In this document: positions 14,201 through 28,227 of the stretch, piece by piece
Position numbering within the stretch: the stretch's first letter is position 1
How the letters are laid out: each line of letters begins with the position of its first letter
Assembly: GCA_013239625.1 (NCBI GenBank)
Contig: MU054187.1
Location: 14,354,974 to 14,418,973, forward strand
DNA from: Lama guanicoe
Taxonomy: Eukaryota
Length of the DNA: 64,000 bases
Reading direction: 5' to 3'
Position numbers and translations under genes: made by a program
Notes under the pieces: generated by a model
Seen by the model: only the letters and a program-made list of their open reading frames with translations
What the model was told of the DNA's origin: nothing
Database searches by the model: none

Positions 14201-15270
14201 TTTTCCCGTGACTAAATAGGCATCTACCCTCTCTCCTGTGCCGAGTAGTAATGTCATTGACACCCTACATCTACACCGAAGTTGGAAACATATTCAGGAA
14301 ACATATTCTTTGGATCCTGAATGCTGTCTGGGAACAACCGAGAGGCACGTTGCTACCCAAACCAAGCGGGTGAAAGTTGGCACAGGGCCTTGTCATAGCC
14401 TGAGCGCTTCGAGGCCTGAGCAGATAAACCAGTTTGAAAACCGATAGCTCTTTTTAGAAATCAGAAGGAGCAACTTTTCTTTTTCTTTTAAGAGGCAATG
14501 ATTTCTTAGGGTAGGAAGATATTTTTTTTTCCACTTCATACCAACAAGAAATATAAACTCTGGTTTGGTAACACAAGTAACAACTTCTCTTTCTAAAAGA
14601 CACAAAGCAATTAATTATGCATGCTTTTTTTTTTTTTAAAGAAGGCATATGTCCTCGGTATGGTCAGAGCAGCCAGGTCACTCTCCCCATTGAGATGCCT
14701 GTTCCCTGACCAGATGACTTGCCCCAGCAACCGCTCCATTCCAGAGGACAGAGCTGCGGGCCCTCATCAGAACATGTGTGACCAGAAAACAAATGGGCAC
14801 TTTCACTCCATGTTGTCTTCCTTTCACTCAAGAACATCTTATTCTAAATATGTTTCTTAGAATAAAAAAAACCCCAGAATACTAGACTATTTAAAAATTA
14901 GTTATCTTTAATAAATAAGTTATCTGTAAAATAGAGGTTATTAACTTTGTTCCTCAACAGAGCAGGCTGTAAAACAGGAATTCTGTTCACCAGTCCAAAT
15001 TAGCAGCTACAAATTCTGCACTGTAGGCTGCATGTTCATTTTAAAAATGTCCATACATTCATCAAGTTGCATTTTATGACACACGCCAAAACATTAAACA
15101 GTAACTGTGATATAACACCCACTGGACAAATATATAATTTGCAGGACCCTGAAGAATAATATTTTGTCTTGGATTATCTGGTTGCCCATTTCATTTGCAG
15201 ATATGACCTAATTAAAAAATGTTAAGTGGATCTCCCTTCAACTCACATATTTACTTCTGCTTTTTTTTTA
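11230..15270. promoter_or_regulatory. Repeat-free ~4-kb candidate enhancer/promoter block
   Basis: No recognisable transposon. Contains TATAAAG (~12098), kB-like GGAACTCCCC (12401), perfect TCF/LEF AGATCAAAGG (12428-12437), PU.1/ETS GAGGAAGT (~12677), GATA AGATAA (~13494), RUNX AACCGCA (13901), and a masked 148-nt segment. Confidence 0.4.
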
Positions 15271-15274
15271 ACCC

Positions 15275-16140
15275 ATTTCACACCCCCTCCCCTTCCCTCC
15301 TTGCTTCTGGCAACCACCTGTCTGTTCTCTGTATCTATGAGTTTGGGTTTTTTTTTAATTCCACACATAAGTGAGATCATACAGTATTTGTCTTTCTCTG
15401 ATTTACTGCACTTAGCAAAATGCCTTCAAGGGCAATCTACATTGTTTCCAGTGGCAGGCTCTCCTTTTTATGGCTGAATAATATTCCATTGTGTGTATAT
15501 ACCACATTTTCTTTATCCATTTGTCTGTCAGTGAATAGTTAGGTTGTTTCCATGCCTTGCTTTGTAAATAATGCTACACTGAACATGGGGGTGTGTATAG
15601 CTTTTCTAATTACTGTTTTTGCTTTCTTTGGAATAAATACCCAGGAGTGGAATTTCTGGGTAGTTTATTTTTTGCTTTTCCTTTTCATTTTCAGTTTTAT
15701 TAGGTGAATTGTTACAATTTTCCTGCACATATACAATATATTGCCCACAAATAATATACACAATAAACTGCACATATTTTTAAAATTTACATATATGTAC
15801 TGTTCATTGTTTCTAAGAATGTTTAGCGCTTTAGCTTTTTAAACTTACATAGTTATCAAAGGAATAAAGCCCACCACAAAATAAGAATTAATTTTAAAAG
15901 ATGCATTCACCCCACTATTAATGGCAACATTATTTATAATTGCCAAGATACGGAAGCATCCTAGGCGCACATCAGTAACTGAATGGATAAAGAAGATGCA
16001 GTATATATATACTGGAATACAGCCCATCTGGGTAGCTTATTTTAATAGTAGTTCTATTTCTAATTTTTTGAGAAGCCTCCATATTATTTTCCATAGTGGC
16101 TGCACCAGTTGATATTCCCACTCACAGTGCACAGGGTTCT
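15275..16140 (-). mobile_element. L1 3' fragment (host element) interrupted by a younger insertion
   Basis: CCACACATAAGTGAGATCATACAGTATTTGTCTTTCTCTG...ATGGCTGAATAATATTCCATTGTG...AAATACCCAGGAGTGGAATT, resuming after 16043 with GTAGTTCTATTTCTAATTTTTTGAGAAGCCTCCATA. Confidence 0.85.
15672..16026. mobile_element. Nested, 5'-inverted (twin-primed) L1 insertion with 17-bp TSD
   Basis: Flanked by TCTGGGTAGTTTATTTT (15655-15671) and TCTGGGTAGCTTATTTT (16027-16043). T-rich start, then a + strand ORF2-like piece (ATLFIIAKIRKHPR...EWIKKMQYIYT). Confidence 0.7.
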
Positions 16141-17002
16141 CTTACACACTTACACACTTTTACTTAGACCTTATACATGTTTGCTTTCTACTTGTGCTTC
16201 TTGATAATATTGCCATAAAACATGAATTTAAAAGACTTCTTGTGATTTTTGTTTGCACCTGTATTGAGGGATATTTTTCTAAACCTGAAGTCAGTGGTGG
16301 CAACAGAAAAGGAAAGTGCAGGTTAGGGTGCATAGGAAGGATGTCTCGGGGCACTCTTCCCAACTGTACTCGACCATTTACCCATCCACTCTCTTCTTCA
16401 ACATAGGAAAAGCAGTGACAGTCCATGATGAAGTCTTACATCTGAATGGCATTTGACATTTAATTATTTTTAAAGAGAGAAGACTGGAAGACTAACAGAC
16501 ATTCTTTGAAAGGCAGTTCAATGTCAGTTCAGCTTACTGGGCAGTAGAAGTCCTAGATGGATGGCTGTACACATTCCTGTCCACAGAGGACCGCTTCAGT
16601 GACCTTCCCGTCAGGCCAGCAGGGAGACTGTGCTCCCCAGGGGACCACGGGAGCTGCAGTCTGCACAGGTCAGTCATTGTTGGCGCTGGCAGGTGGGTGG
16701 CTGGGAAGTGCTCTGGTTGGGAGGACTTGGTCCTCCCCAGGCTAGAAGAGGAGTGGTTTTGGCAGTTCTTCCAAGCTAGCTCATGCTTCAAGATAGGATT
16801 CAGCCTCAAGTGGAGATGGAAATACTTAGCCAGGCCATCCTACTCAGTGTTTGCAGCATGACACTGGAATTCTGCATGTGCAGACCCACCAAACACATGG
16901 CTTGCTGCGGGCAGAAGGGCCGTCTGGACCCCATCTCCTTGCACAAAGGTGCAGGTCATGAGGCCTGCTGCCTGCTCTGCTTGGGCTGGGTCTGGGACTC
17001 AC

Positions 17003-17015
17003 CGCCCTCTAATGG
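17003..17015 (-). promoter_or_regulatory. CTCF-like core motif CCATTAGAGGGCG
   Basis: One mismatch to CCACTAGAGGGCG. Motif match only. Confidence 0.25.
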
Positions 17016-17344
17016 TGGGCAAGTTTCCTCCTGTCAAAGTTCACAAAGGAGAGGCCACATCAATTTGGAGAATTTAATAGCTTTGGTTTTGGTCAAACTG
17101 CTACTCTCGCAGGGGCTGTGCGGCTGAGGTGGAAGATCTAGGAGCCAGGACAACTGGTCAGGGGTCAAAGGCCAACGTGCCCTTTCTCCAGCCCCAGCAG
17201 ATGCTGAAGTCTCTTACCAGATCTCCCTTGACTTGGGAAGGGTGTAGGAAATGTTTCCAATGGGCTCACAGTTCAGGGCAGGAATGAAAGAGAGTCCTCA
17301 CAGCCCCCAGACAGGTCCCGGGGTGGGGGTGGGGGTGCTCAGTG

Positions 17345-17690
17345 GCTTTGCTTAGGCTGTTCCCTGTGCCTAGACGGCCCTTCCCTCCTGCCTTCCCATG
17401 AAAAACCACTACTCAGTATTTAAGATTCTGCTAAACTGTCATTCCTTCCCTAAGATACTCCCCAAATTCCCTGAGAGTGAGTTGTTCTGCCTTTTATACT
17501 CCAGAACGCTTTGCCCATACATGCATTATGGGTTTTTAAGGCACCAATGCTGTGTGACTATACGTCTCTGTGCACCACCAGGCCAAGAGCTACTTAAAGT
17601 TCAAGGGGTGTGTTGTATTCTCTCTCTAGCCTCAACACAGAACCTGAAATACAGTGAATACTCAGTAAATATTGGCTGGCTGGCTGAAGG
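17345..17690 (+). mobile_element. L2 3' end fragment
   Basis: GGCTGTTCCCTGTGCCTAGAC...ATACTCAGTAAATATTGGCTGGCTG. Confidence 0.55.
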
Positions 17691-20600
17691 GATGAGAAGC
17701 TGAGGGTTGGTGTCTGAGGGTGTCAACCAAATCAAGGTCCACTGGCTATTCTTAGAGTCTAAGAAGATGGGTTCAATGTCTAGGTCCAAGTGAAAAAGGC
17801 ATCTACATATTGCCACAAATTAATTGCAAAGATACACTCTCTCCAGTGGGCAGGGTCAGGCTTAGCAATAAGACAAATACTCTAACAATATTCAGATCTG
17901 GGAGCAGATGCGTTTCAGTCTTGTTGCCACTAACATTGTTAAGTTAAAAGTTACACAGGGTATAATTATTGCATGAGATTGGACACAAAAGGGCAATCTA
18001 AAATACACATCATTGGCCGACTTAGATCCCCGTGGGTGGTTTAGAGGACTTTAAATAGGACTGGTTTAAACTAGGTGAGCCTAAATTAATCCCAGGTAAG
18101 AAAGGGAACCTCTCAGCTTGCATTACACAGAGGAAGCATACTGAAATCTGCCCAGAGTTATCAATCATTCATTTAGTCAGGTAGCTTTTGAATACCTCTT
18201 AGGTGCACAGCATTGTCTCTGCTTCAAGGAGGGTATAAAGAAATAGGAAATGTGTGCAAAAAGAGGAAGACTTTGTCAGACGGGAGTGAGAGGGAGCAGG
18301 CGGTGCTCCTCAAGGCAGGAAGGGGAGGGGGCCAAACAGCTGAGACGTGAGGCAGGAACGAGCATGAGCATAGGGCCCCGAGCGGGAGGCCTTGGTGAGA
18401 TTCCACTCCATCCCATCTCACCAGATAATTATTCTCTTCCTACTACTCCCAGGTGGGTCACCTGGGCTGATACAACTTTATATTTTCAGAGCCACTGACA
18501 TTTTCTCTAGGACAACACTTACATTTTTCAAATATGGAAAACTTATACACAAGCACACTTGGGCATCCATTCAAAACCGGAAATGGTACAGGGGCTGCTG
18601 AATTCAAATTTTAGGAGTATTACAGAAAAATTTTATTTCATAGTGAATCACACACAGTGTATTGAATAGCTACATTTACCAAATGAAATCTTTTCTGTTC
18701 CAAAATCTCTGAAGCTCTGATTTAATAAATACATTGATACGTGAACTTGCTAATAACATTCTTTTAGCCCTGATTTCTTTCTTTTATTTGCATTGAGCAC
18801 TCTTTGGAAATGCTATGATTTTTCCTCATGGGCATGTTATATCCATGAATTAAGATTTTTTTTCCCCATAATTCTCTCTGGTCTTTTATTGTTAATCAAG
18901 GGCACTGAAAGTTATAAAAATAAGTGCTGTGCAGTCAGCTATCTGTTTTCCCAGTGGAAGGGGACAAGGGTATTAGAGACCTAATCAAGCTTAGAAAGAA
19001 ATACACAGAAAGAAATCTCAACAGCCAAAAAAGCACTGCCCCTCTGATATTAGCATCTAAATGCCAATCAGTAACACAGCGGACTACAGGTTGGTGTCCA
19101 GGCACAGGCGCTCGGGGGCTGCAGGGCCGACAAGCCTGACCAGCTGCACTGGGGGCTCCAGCGGCCCCCACCACCTCGGCTCTCACATGCGGTCAGGCCT
19201 TCATCTCAAATGAACCATTCATGCTTAGGCATCCTCTCAGATTTCCATTTGTAATGTTGTCATAAAGGAATTTCATTTTATACTTTCCAGACTAATGATT
19301 TGGTACAAAAAAGCTGTGCTGCCAAAGTAAGAGGCTGGGGGAGGAGAAGGATTCTCACAGACATTTGTGAATCAGCGAAGCAACAGGCCGAGAAAAACTA
19401 TGCAGTGACTTTCATCTGCCCACACATCCCAGTGACTCTGAGGCCTGGCTTACAATTTACTCAACCTGGGCTTTAAATATCACTCTTGGTTTTCTCTTTG
19501 GTGTGCTATTTGTATGCATCTGACTTTCCTTTCTGTTGAGATTGTCTCATTTTAGTGGTTTAATTGATGAGATTTTCGCTAGGACAGGCAGGCAGTGCAA
19601 AGTACTGAATGACAGGTTAACGTGGTTAACAGGTTAAGATGGGCACTGACCAAGCAGGTCGGACTGCTGCGCTGGGCTGGGGCAGGGTCTTAGACACCCC
19701 TTTTCACTGGGTGGGAGTTCCTATAGTAGCTGGGTCTTGGGGACATGGAGTGGGGGGCCTGGGCAGCACTGGGGTTGGTGTCAGGCACCAAGAACTTGAA
19801 GCCACAGCTATTACCGACGAAGTATTTCAATATTTTAACAACCAGTGTGGGGTACCTAACCACCACCTGATGAATATCATCTCCATTAAGATCTATTTGA
19901 AAATTTCACTTCTTAATCTAATTTTTAAATTTCCTTCCCAGAAACCTCATAGGAAGAATTACTACTTAATTAAAATTTTCAGCTTTACTTCCATAAAATA
20001 AAATTCACTCTGGGATTGATTTGGAATTTTAGTTCTTCACAACTATGACTTTCTTTCTTAGACAATTCAGCTTCATGGTAATGTATTTGAATCTCATGGT
20101 TTCTACTCTGACCCAATTCAATATTCTTAGGTTTTTCAGGAATAATCCTTTTACTCCTGCTTTTGCTTTAATGTACAAATACCTTCTTACTTTATCAGAT
20201 TTTTGGACTTAATCCTGTCTAGGAAGTTGATAGAAACAATAAAGAGGAAAAAAAAGCCTGTAGTTTCATTAACAGTCGCCAGACACCCTCCTCCCATCCT
20301 TGTCCAGCAAAGCTCAAGGAAAAAGTTACAAAATCGAGAGGAAAAAAAAATAATCCATTAAAAAGTAGCTCTAGAATTTTCTTTCAAAAAAAAAAACTTT
20401 ACTTGAATACTCTCTCACTGTAAAAATGTTGGCACCTTCTGAACCTCTTGAACAAAGATGAGAAAGTGACTCTTGTTACGGTGGCCCAATTTTTGTCATG
20501 TGTATTCTCCAAAGGGGAAACCAGAATTTTATCCTGATATACTCAGAACCAAAGTGATGTAAACCAAGCTCTGAATACGGAAAGAAGAGGAGGAAGTTTG

Positions 20601-22834
20601 ATGCTGGTCAGTGGGTGGATGGCATTGGAGAAGGACAATAACACTTGACATTAATTATACATCAACCCACCCGGTCCTAGTCAGGGTATTTGCCAAGAAG
20701 TTCTTACATTCCTGTGGCCGGGGCACAGGGCCACACTAAAGCTTCATGGAAAACAACAGTGCATTATAAAACGTTTTAATCACTCCAGCTCCCTGCAATG
20801 ACTAAATAATCTAACAAAATTTTCATTGAATGGAAGCCTACTTTTGTGAAAGTAATCAAGTTTTGACTTTAAACGTTTGTTTTTTTTTTCGAGAAGAAGT
20901 TTCCTCTATTCGTTTTTCTCTCATGACTAACCACTGCTGACTTAGTGTTAACTTGCCAAAGTTTTCATACTACAAAGATCGATGAGGAGATATAATCTAC
21001 CCAAAAAACAAACAAACAAAAAAACCAAGAACAAATAAATGGCGCTCTTACTCTGAGAGTGTATAGTCACAGAAGAGAAGCAGAGAGCCTTCTCACTGAG
21101 CATGAAACAGGTGAATCCCCAACAAATACAGAGAGTAGGAGCCACTTCAGATAGGCTTTGGCATTACATTTGTACAAAAGAGCTATAATTTTCCAGTCTA
21201 TAGAAAGAGCTCTAGAGAATACATCTTCCATGTAAAAATCAGAAATCCCCAATGTTCTGAGAGCCCTCTGAATTTCCAGGCTTTTTTAGAGGGACAAGTT
21301 AAAATAGCTCAGAGGCACTCTGGTTTCTGGAGCTGCATTTTTTTTACCCTTCTCCCTGCCAGGAAGTGGGGCCACCTACGTGAAGTCATTAAGATGATCC
21401 CCTTCACAAAGACCTCAAACAGTGGCCCTTGCATGTGCAGAGAGCCCATGGACATCAAACCCCACAGCTCTGCCCCCAGACATCGCCGCGTCCCACACAT
21501 GCTGCTGTCATCACACCCGCGCTGTTGTCTCAACACCCAACGGGCTGTGACTAAGGGCCCTGGTATGCAGCCGAATATATGCATTAAACAAGAGTTTCAA
21601 AACCTATTTCAGGAGTACTCGTCCTTGGCTCCGCATCTTCATTTGCTCAATGTGGCCACTGTCTCTGGAGGAGCAACTCCTCTCAGGCATTGGTCCCCGT
21701 GACTCGGGAGGCCTCCTGGTCCCCAGCCCCGGTCATGAATGCACAATGGAGATCGGGGGAAGGCTGCAGGAGGAATCTAGGGCAGTGCTGAATCGGATCG
21801 TTCTCCTCCCATTAGACCATTCATCCAGGTCAGCACATCTCCCTTCACCCGCATCCTCTGCTCGGCAGTGGCTGCCAACCCGAGCTCCAACTCTGTTCTA
21901 GTTTTGTAACCTTATCTTCAAGAGTCTCAGTCTCTTAGCCTGAGGTACCTGACGAGTTCTGTGTCTGGCAGACATCCCCGCCACTCCCCTTTTGGTGTTG
22001 TGGAGTAGCTGTTGTCTCTCTGTTGGACCACGCAAGGCCTCTAAGACAAGGGCATTGTTGCTGCTGTGATTAAGGTGCTTTGGGAAGGCCATCTGCTCCA
22101 AGCTAGAAAAGCGGTATGACCTGAGAGACAGCACAAATGACTAAAGCAATATTTGGGGGCCCTTGCTTCTTATTAAACGGATATGCTGAGTGCCTACGGG
22201 GGACAAGAGACGTTTTGAACAAGTTTAGACACATTTGATAATATTCAGCTTAGGGATTTCTTTTCAGCCTTTCCAGGAAATTGACATGAGTAAACCAACA
22301 GGGGGAGAGGATGGCTAAATAGTCATGACAAAGGGCTTTTGAGGAAAACGCTGAAGTGAGAGGGATGAGTTCTGTCTTCTGCTAAGGCTTTGAGTCCTCT
22401 TAGATCCTCGGTCCTCTAGACTCGAGGTGTCTTGCGGTATTCCCTAACTGCTGTGGACGGCTCAGCTTTGTTTGTTGCTTCCAGGATAAGAGTCACAATT
22501 ATTTAGTGCCAGACTCTGCACACAGCTTTGTTTTCAGATTCTTCACACCGATGTCATAAGGAGCCCTAAGATTGTCCTAACATATTTAGGACATGTTGGA
22601 CACATGCCACAGATTTCCAATATGCTTCTGAGAGCAATTCTTTCTAAATGGTGTAGCTGTTGACACCTGAATCAACTTGGATTGGGAGTCTGAACCACAG
22701 CTCTGAGCATTACTTTTGGGGTGCACCTGCTCCTCTCCCCTCCCTCCTCAACTCTTCTCTTTCAGTTGAGTTCAACAAACATTCACTGGATAACTGTGTG
22801 CCAGGTTCTTTGGTATGTAGGTTCTTTGGTATGG

Positions 22835-22965
22835 GCTATGGCATCAGATCAACCTGTCTGGAAGACTCTGGGGAAATTGCTTCACCTCTCTGAGTCTCAG
22901 TTCCTTCAGTGAGTGTCCTCAAATGAGTTAACGCACACACAGTGTTTATCACAGTACCTGGCACG
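22835..22965 (+). mobile_element. MIR SINE fragment
   Basis: Core-like GGGGAAATTGCTTCACCTCTCTGAGTCTCAGTTCCT and tail ACAGTACCTGGCAC. Confidence 0.6.
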
Positions 22966-25900
22966 CGGGGAAGGGGGTGATATGCAGTAGTTCTCACTGT
23001 CACACTGATGTATGTGACAGGCCACAGACAGCTCATGGCCTAACAGAGAAGGAAAGCACTAAACAGACCATCTCCATACTTCTAGTAAGTTTTAAAGGAG
23101 TAATCCTTATCCCAGCTTTAGTTAGTCATTAGGAGGAAGGTGATGCTTGGAGGAGGAATATAGAAGTTGATACCTGAGCTCTACATATCTCATTGGATAG
23201 GTAGGGGAAGACATCCTCTCTCATTGCTTTGGAAGAAAATCAGAGCCCCGTGGAAGCCTAACTCATCTGGTAAATATGAGGTGTCTTTGGAGGCTACACG
23301 TGATTGCTTCTGTGTATTTACAAATGCATCTACATGCACAGGAGAGGATACCACATACATCATGTCATGCTGGTGGCAGCCAAAGAGGTCAACAAATAGC
23401 ATAAGGGTGGCAGCAGGTGGGAGGAGGATAGAGACTGCGTGGGAGGGGAGAATGAGGCAGGGAGAGGCAGAAGTCAGGCAGGGACCCAGCTACAGGCTTT
23501 CACCCATCTGTGGAATGTAGGGGAACTCTTAAACTTGGAGCCTGCAGGGCTGGAACTGGACCAGCCCCCTGGAACTTCAGGCTTGGGTCTCTGCCCAGCT
23601 GGGGTGCCACACCCAGCGCTCCAGCCCTATTGTTCCCAGCAGCTCTGCTCCCACCCTTCTCCTTGGTCAATCCAACGTCCCTGCTTCTTTGTCTAGTTGG
23701 ATTACCTAACCCAAGGCCATCACATCACCTTCTCTATCAATCTCTTAATGACTACCCTTCATATTTATAATGATTTTTTGGTCCACACCCACTGATAAAT
23801 AACAAAAAATTTTAAACCTAAAAAATACGTAAGAGATTTTCCTTATTCCTGCTGAATCCATGAACTCCAAGCATCACCTACATTGTGATTTGCCAAAACG
23901 TGTTTTTAGTCAATATTAAGTCTTTATGATATCTACTGTTAAAACAGTATGCAACTTATTTGAGAGATTTGGGGGTGCACACAATCAACCAGGCATTAAA
24001 GACTACGGGGTTCCAGAGTTGGTGGCCAGTGATGGGGAGGGAACATCTCTGAAAATTATTTGCACAATTGAGAATTAACTTGAAGGCAGTCATATTAGGA
24101 GGTGAAGGGAAGATTCCTTTTTCTTCCTTCCGGGCTTCCTATCTGCCTGCTTTCTGCCTACCTACCAGCATTTGCTGAGCCAAAATGGAGAAGTGGGGTC
24201 TAACAGACCTGGGTTTTGACTCCTGACTGTGTGATAGGGACATGTTATTGAGTCATTATGACACATGCCAGAGAGTGATAAGACTCAAACAGTCCAGTTC
24301 TATCTTACTTCAGATCTTATCAAAGCAATACGCTGGGCTTTGAAAAGGAAAATGGCCCACAGAACTTTCTGGATGGTAGTGTACGTGGTGGGTTCATCTG
24401 CACTCTTTCCTGACTTGCTTTGAACTGGGGGGGATACAAATTAAAAATGGCTTTTATAGCCATGTTGTCCTGAAAAGCTGTATTCCTCATGTCTATTTCA
24501 CTTGTGCCAGTTCTGAAGAGTAAAATATGTTTTACACATGAATTTCTGAGAACTTGATTGTAAAGGATATTGCTTCCTAAGAAAGACTGTAGAAAAATAA
24601 ATCACCGTAATTATTATGTTAAGCTGATGACATAAGACAAATGTTGACAGTTCAGGTTTCTAAGTCTTTCTAAGCAGTCAAGGCCTTTGTCTGATGCTCT
24701 TCCCACGACTTTGCCTAAGGTTTATTTATTGATGTATAATCCACGATTCAGACCTCACTTTTATGGGAAGTATATTCAAGCAAAGAAGGGGAAGGATCTA
24801 CTCCATTTGTGAAGGAGACTTTCAAGAAGGTCATCTCCTTTGATTCTGATTTATCCCATGTCTGGGGTGAACAAAAGTTTGATTTTTGCAAAATGATTTC
24901 TGATCAGCGAGCAGCTGCAGGGACCTCACGTGAGCTGAGGGGTGCAGAACTGGACAAGGGAAGCTCCTTATGTCTTATAGAACTGACTTGGAGGGTTTTT
25001 CATTGGAACCTTCCAAGCAAGCAGGTTCCCCAGTCATGTGTGTGCACAGAAGAGGAGATGGGGGTCGGTGGCTATGAAGTCAAGACCTTAAAATGGTGCA
25101 CTGGATTCTACTGAAGGTCAGACATGTTAGGAAATGTTTCGTACTTCACCGGTTTTTCTCTTTTTAATAAAAGAGTCGGGATTTTTGAGACAATGCTTTC
25201 CAAGTTGCCTGAAAATTTGTAACGTCTAGCTTTCAAATGCAACTTTTCCAGGATATCAGAAAGCCCTAGTGGGTCTTTGTATTTTGTTTTTTTTTTTCCT
25301 CACAAGAGACAGGCTGGCAGCTTAATCAGGCAGAACCCTGTTTCAAGAGGCTACTCGATCTTCTGAGCCCACAGCGAGCTATAAAGTTGGTTCTCAGAGT
25401 CTCCATTTTCTCCCTGAATCCTTTCTGAATGAAGGTCCTCGCGGCTGCTCACTGTTCTTTTAGAGGGTGACACCCATCCTCTGTTCTCTCTCACTTTGAA
25501 TATCATTTTTCAGGCTTTCTGGGAAGCGCTGTTACACTTCTATGAAGAGACTCCAACTGCCAATCTTGAAATATTCTTTGAAACCAGTAACACCAGGTGC
25601 TCTGTTCAGAAGGAAAGGAGGCAGCTCCCATATTACATACAATACAGCATTTGTTCACAGGCAGCATTGGATTTAAACACATACACACACACAATGGCAG
25701 CCTAAATAGCTCAATGTATCTCTTGAAACACTCAAAGGGTTTCAGGAAATGCAAGGAAATTTTCAAAAACAGAGCATTAAAAAAATAGAAACAGAAGAAT
25801 CAAAGGAAACATTAAAAAAAGGAATCCAAACTGAACCAGGCTTGTAATAACATGCTTAAAAGAACGGAAGTTGGGAGGATACATGGAGTTATGTCAGCAA

Positions 25901-28227
25901 CCTGCACGTAAGAATGATCTCTTTCAGAATGATGAAAGATCTACCCTTTGTAAGTGATTTTAGAGGGGGTGGATTTGTTTTTGTGATATCATTTGAGGAA
26001 GATACAGCTAAAATGAGCTCACTGCCTGCTGGAGGACACTGCTATTTCTCAGCATAATTTATGTATGGAACCAAAGTAAAGGGGAGGATAAACATCAACA
26101 TGATGTTTTCTACTCCTCCCAAGAAACTATTATTTCTTTTTGAATTTTCATACAGCCTTGCTCTTCCAAGAGCAGGGACCTGCAAAAGAGGAAATTCAGG
26201 TGGCAGAGAACTGACCCCCAGCCTCAGCCCACAATCACCGCCAGCCTGGGTCTGGCCCAGTTTCCTGGGACCGCAGGCAGGTTGGCCAAGCAGTGCTGGG
26301 GTATCCTCTTCAAGGCTCAACGGTTTAAAGACATGATAAACATTTCAAATCTTTTTGGAGGCAAAATTTCTGTTTTCCAGCACATGCGATCCTGTTTTAT
26401 TATTTAATGGCATTTTTTTAAAACAACAATTCTTTTATGATCTCCTAGAATACAGCCCACCTTCCTTTATTTAGTTTCTACATCTAGTAGGAATGCACCT
26501 GACTAGAAAATGTGTTAGACCCATCTTCTTTGTTAGTGGAGGTATGAGGGTGACTCACTTATTATTTTATTTCTCAATTATTTCTTCAAATTAATTATCT
26601 CTTTTAAACCAAGCTTGGGCAGCTGGATATATTGTTTGAAGGAAGTAGTTAACTTCTATCCCGGCTTTCATAGGACAATGGTTTGAAACTGTCTTTCTCC
26701 GAACCTTTTCCAGGAAGGACTGCTTGGATTTGTCGTGACTGACACGGATCATGAAGCGCTCCATATGTCCATCACAGCCCTGCTTGGTTGCGGTCCTTTA
26801 AACATGTGTGCATGCACACACATATATGTGTGAACATGTGTGGCTTAGTTACTTAATGGGATTTAACATCCCTTTTGCTTTGTCTTTTCCTTGTGTCTTT
26901 AGGTTCCGATTTTCTTACCCCTGAGTTTAAAGGCAGTATATGCTATTGTTAGTTTTTGCCCAAATGTTTTCACTTTTATCTTTTGACTAATTCATCAAAT
27001 GCTATAGGGAAGCACCCTTGCATTTTGGAACCACATACCTGTAGGTCTCTCAAACCTGAGTGGCAGTCCATAAATTACAACACTTTGAGCCAAAACACCA
27101 TGGGGTAATCTCATAGCTGTTACTCATGACGTGACTCAATCATCTTACTATTTGTATGTTCTCTTCATTTTAATGCGGCTAAAAAAAAGCGAGTTCTTTC
27201 TTTACACTGTAGTTCTGTGTCTTAAAAAAAAGTACTTTTGCTAGCTGTCATCTGCCCAGTCTTTGTAATAAAATTCCTGTAGAGGAGAGGTGAGAGGGCT
27301 TGAGCAATGCCTCCTACCCTCTGGCTTATTAGAGAGGATGCAGGGTTTCTAAGCAGGATGAAAGAAATAATCCAGGAAGGAAGCCAGGAAGAAAAGGGGG
27401 TGGAGGGAAACCTAAGCCGGCGTCGAGAGGTTGGTAAACAGAAGAAAGTGACACAGAAGAGAAAAAGAGAAGCCACTCTGATACACCTCGCCATCCATCC
27501 CTGAAGGCCTGTTTCAAAGGCTTCTCCGTGGAGTCATCTCTGCCTTTCTCACCTCTCACTCTCCCTCCCCTGAACGCTTTATCTGCAGCTCCCTTACAGG
27601 CCTTGCTGATTCCTAATTGGCGTTACAGGTATTTGCGCAATCTCCTGTAAACCCTCCATTCACTCAACACAGTAAACAATTATTGAGCATCTCTGCCCTT
27701 GATACCAGGGACTTTGCCAGATGCCAGGGGTACAAAGACCATTGGGACATCACCCCTGTCTTCAAGAGGCCAACAGCATTGGCCTGGCCCTTGCCTACGA
27801 CACCTGCCCCATCCTCTGCTGGGACCCACCGTCTTGTTTCTGCGTCATTTCTCCGCCGGCGCGGTCTCCTTGCCTGCGTGTTCTTTTCCTCCTTTCCCCT
27901 TGTTTGCCTTTCAAGGCTCAGGCACAAAACTCTTCAGGAAGGCTTTTCTGAACGGCCAGGCTGGGTTCCCATATCGCGTGCACACTTTTCTTTTAGTACT
28001 TCCCATAAATCAAAACTTTCTGTTTATATGACCATCTCCTCCAGCGCCTTCAGGGTGGGAACCTTGCCTTCTAATCTTCGATTTTTCAAGATCAAGAACT
28101 AGGCCTGTTCCAGGATTCATACCCATGAAATATTAGCTGAAGGAATAATTGATCAGTTCTCCTCATAACACCCCTCTCTAAGGTAAGGTGGGAAAAATAT
28201 CATTTATCCCCTTTTACAAAAGAACGG

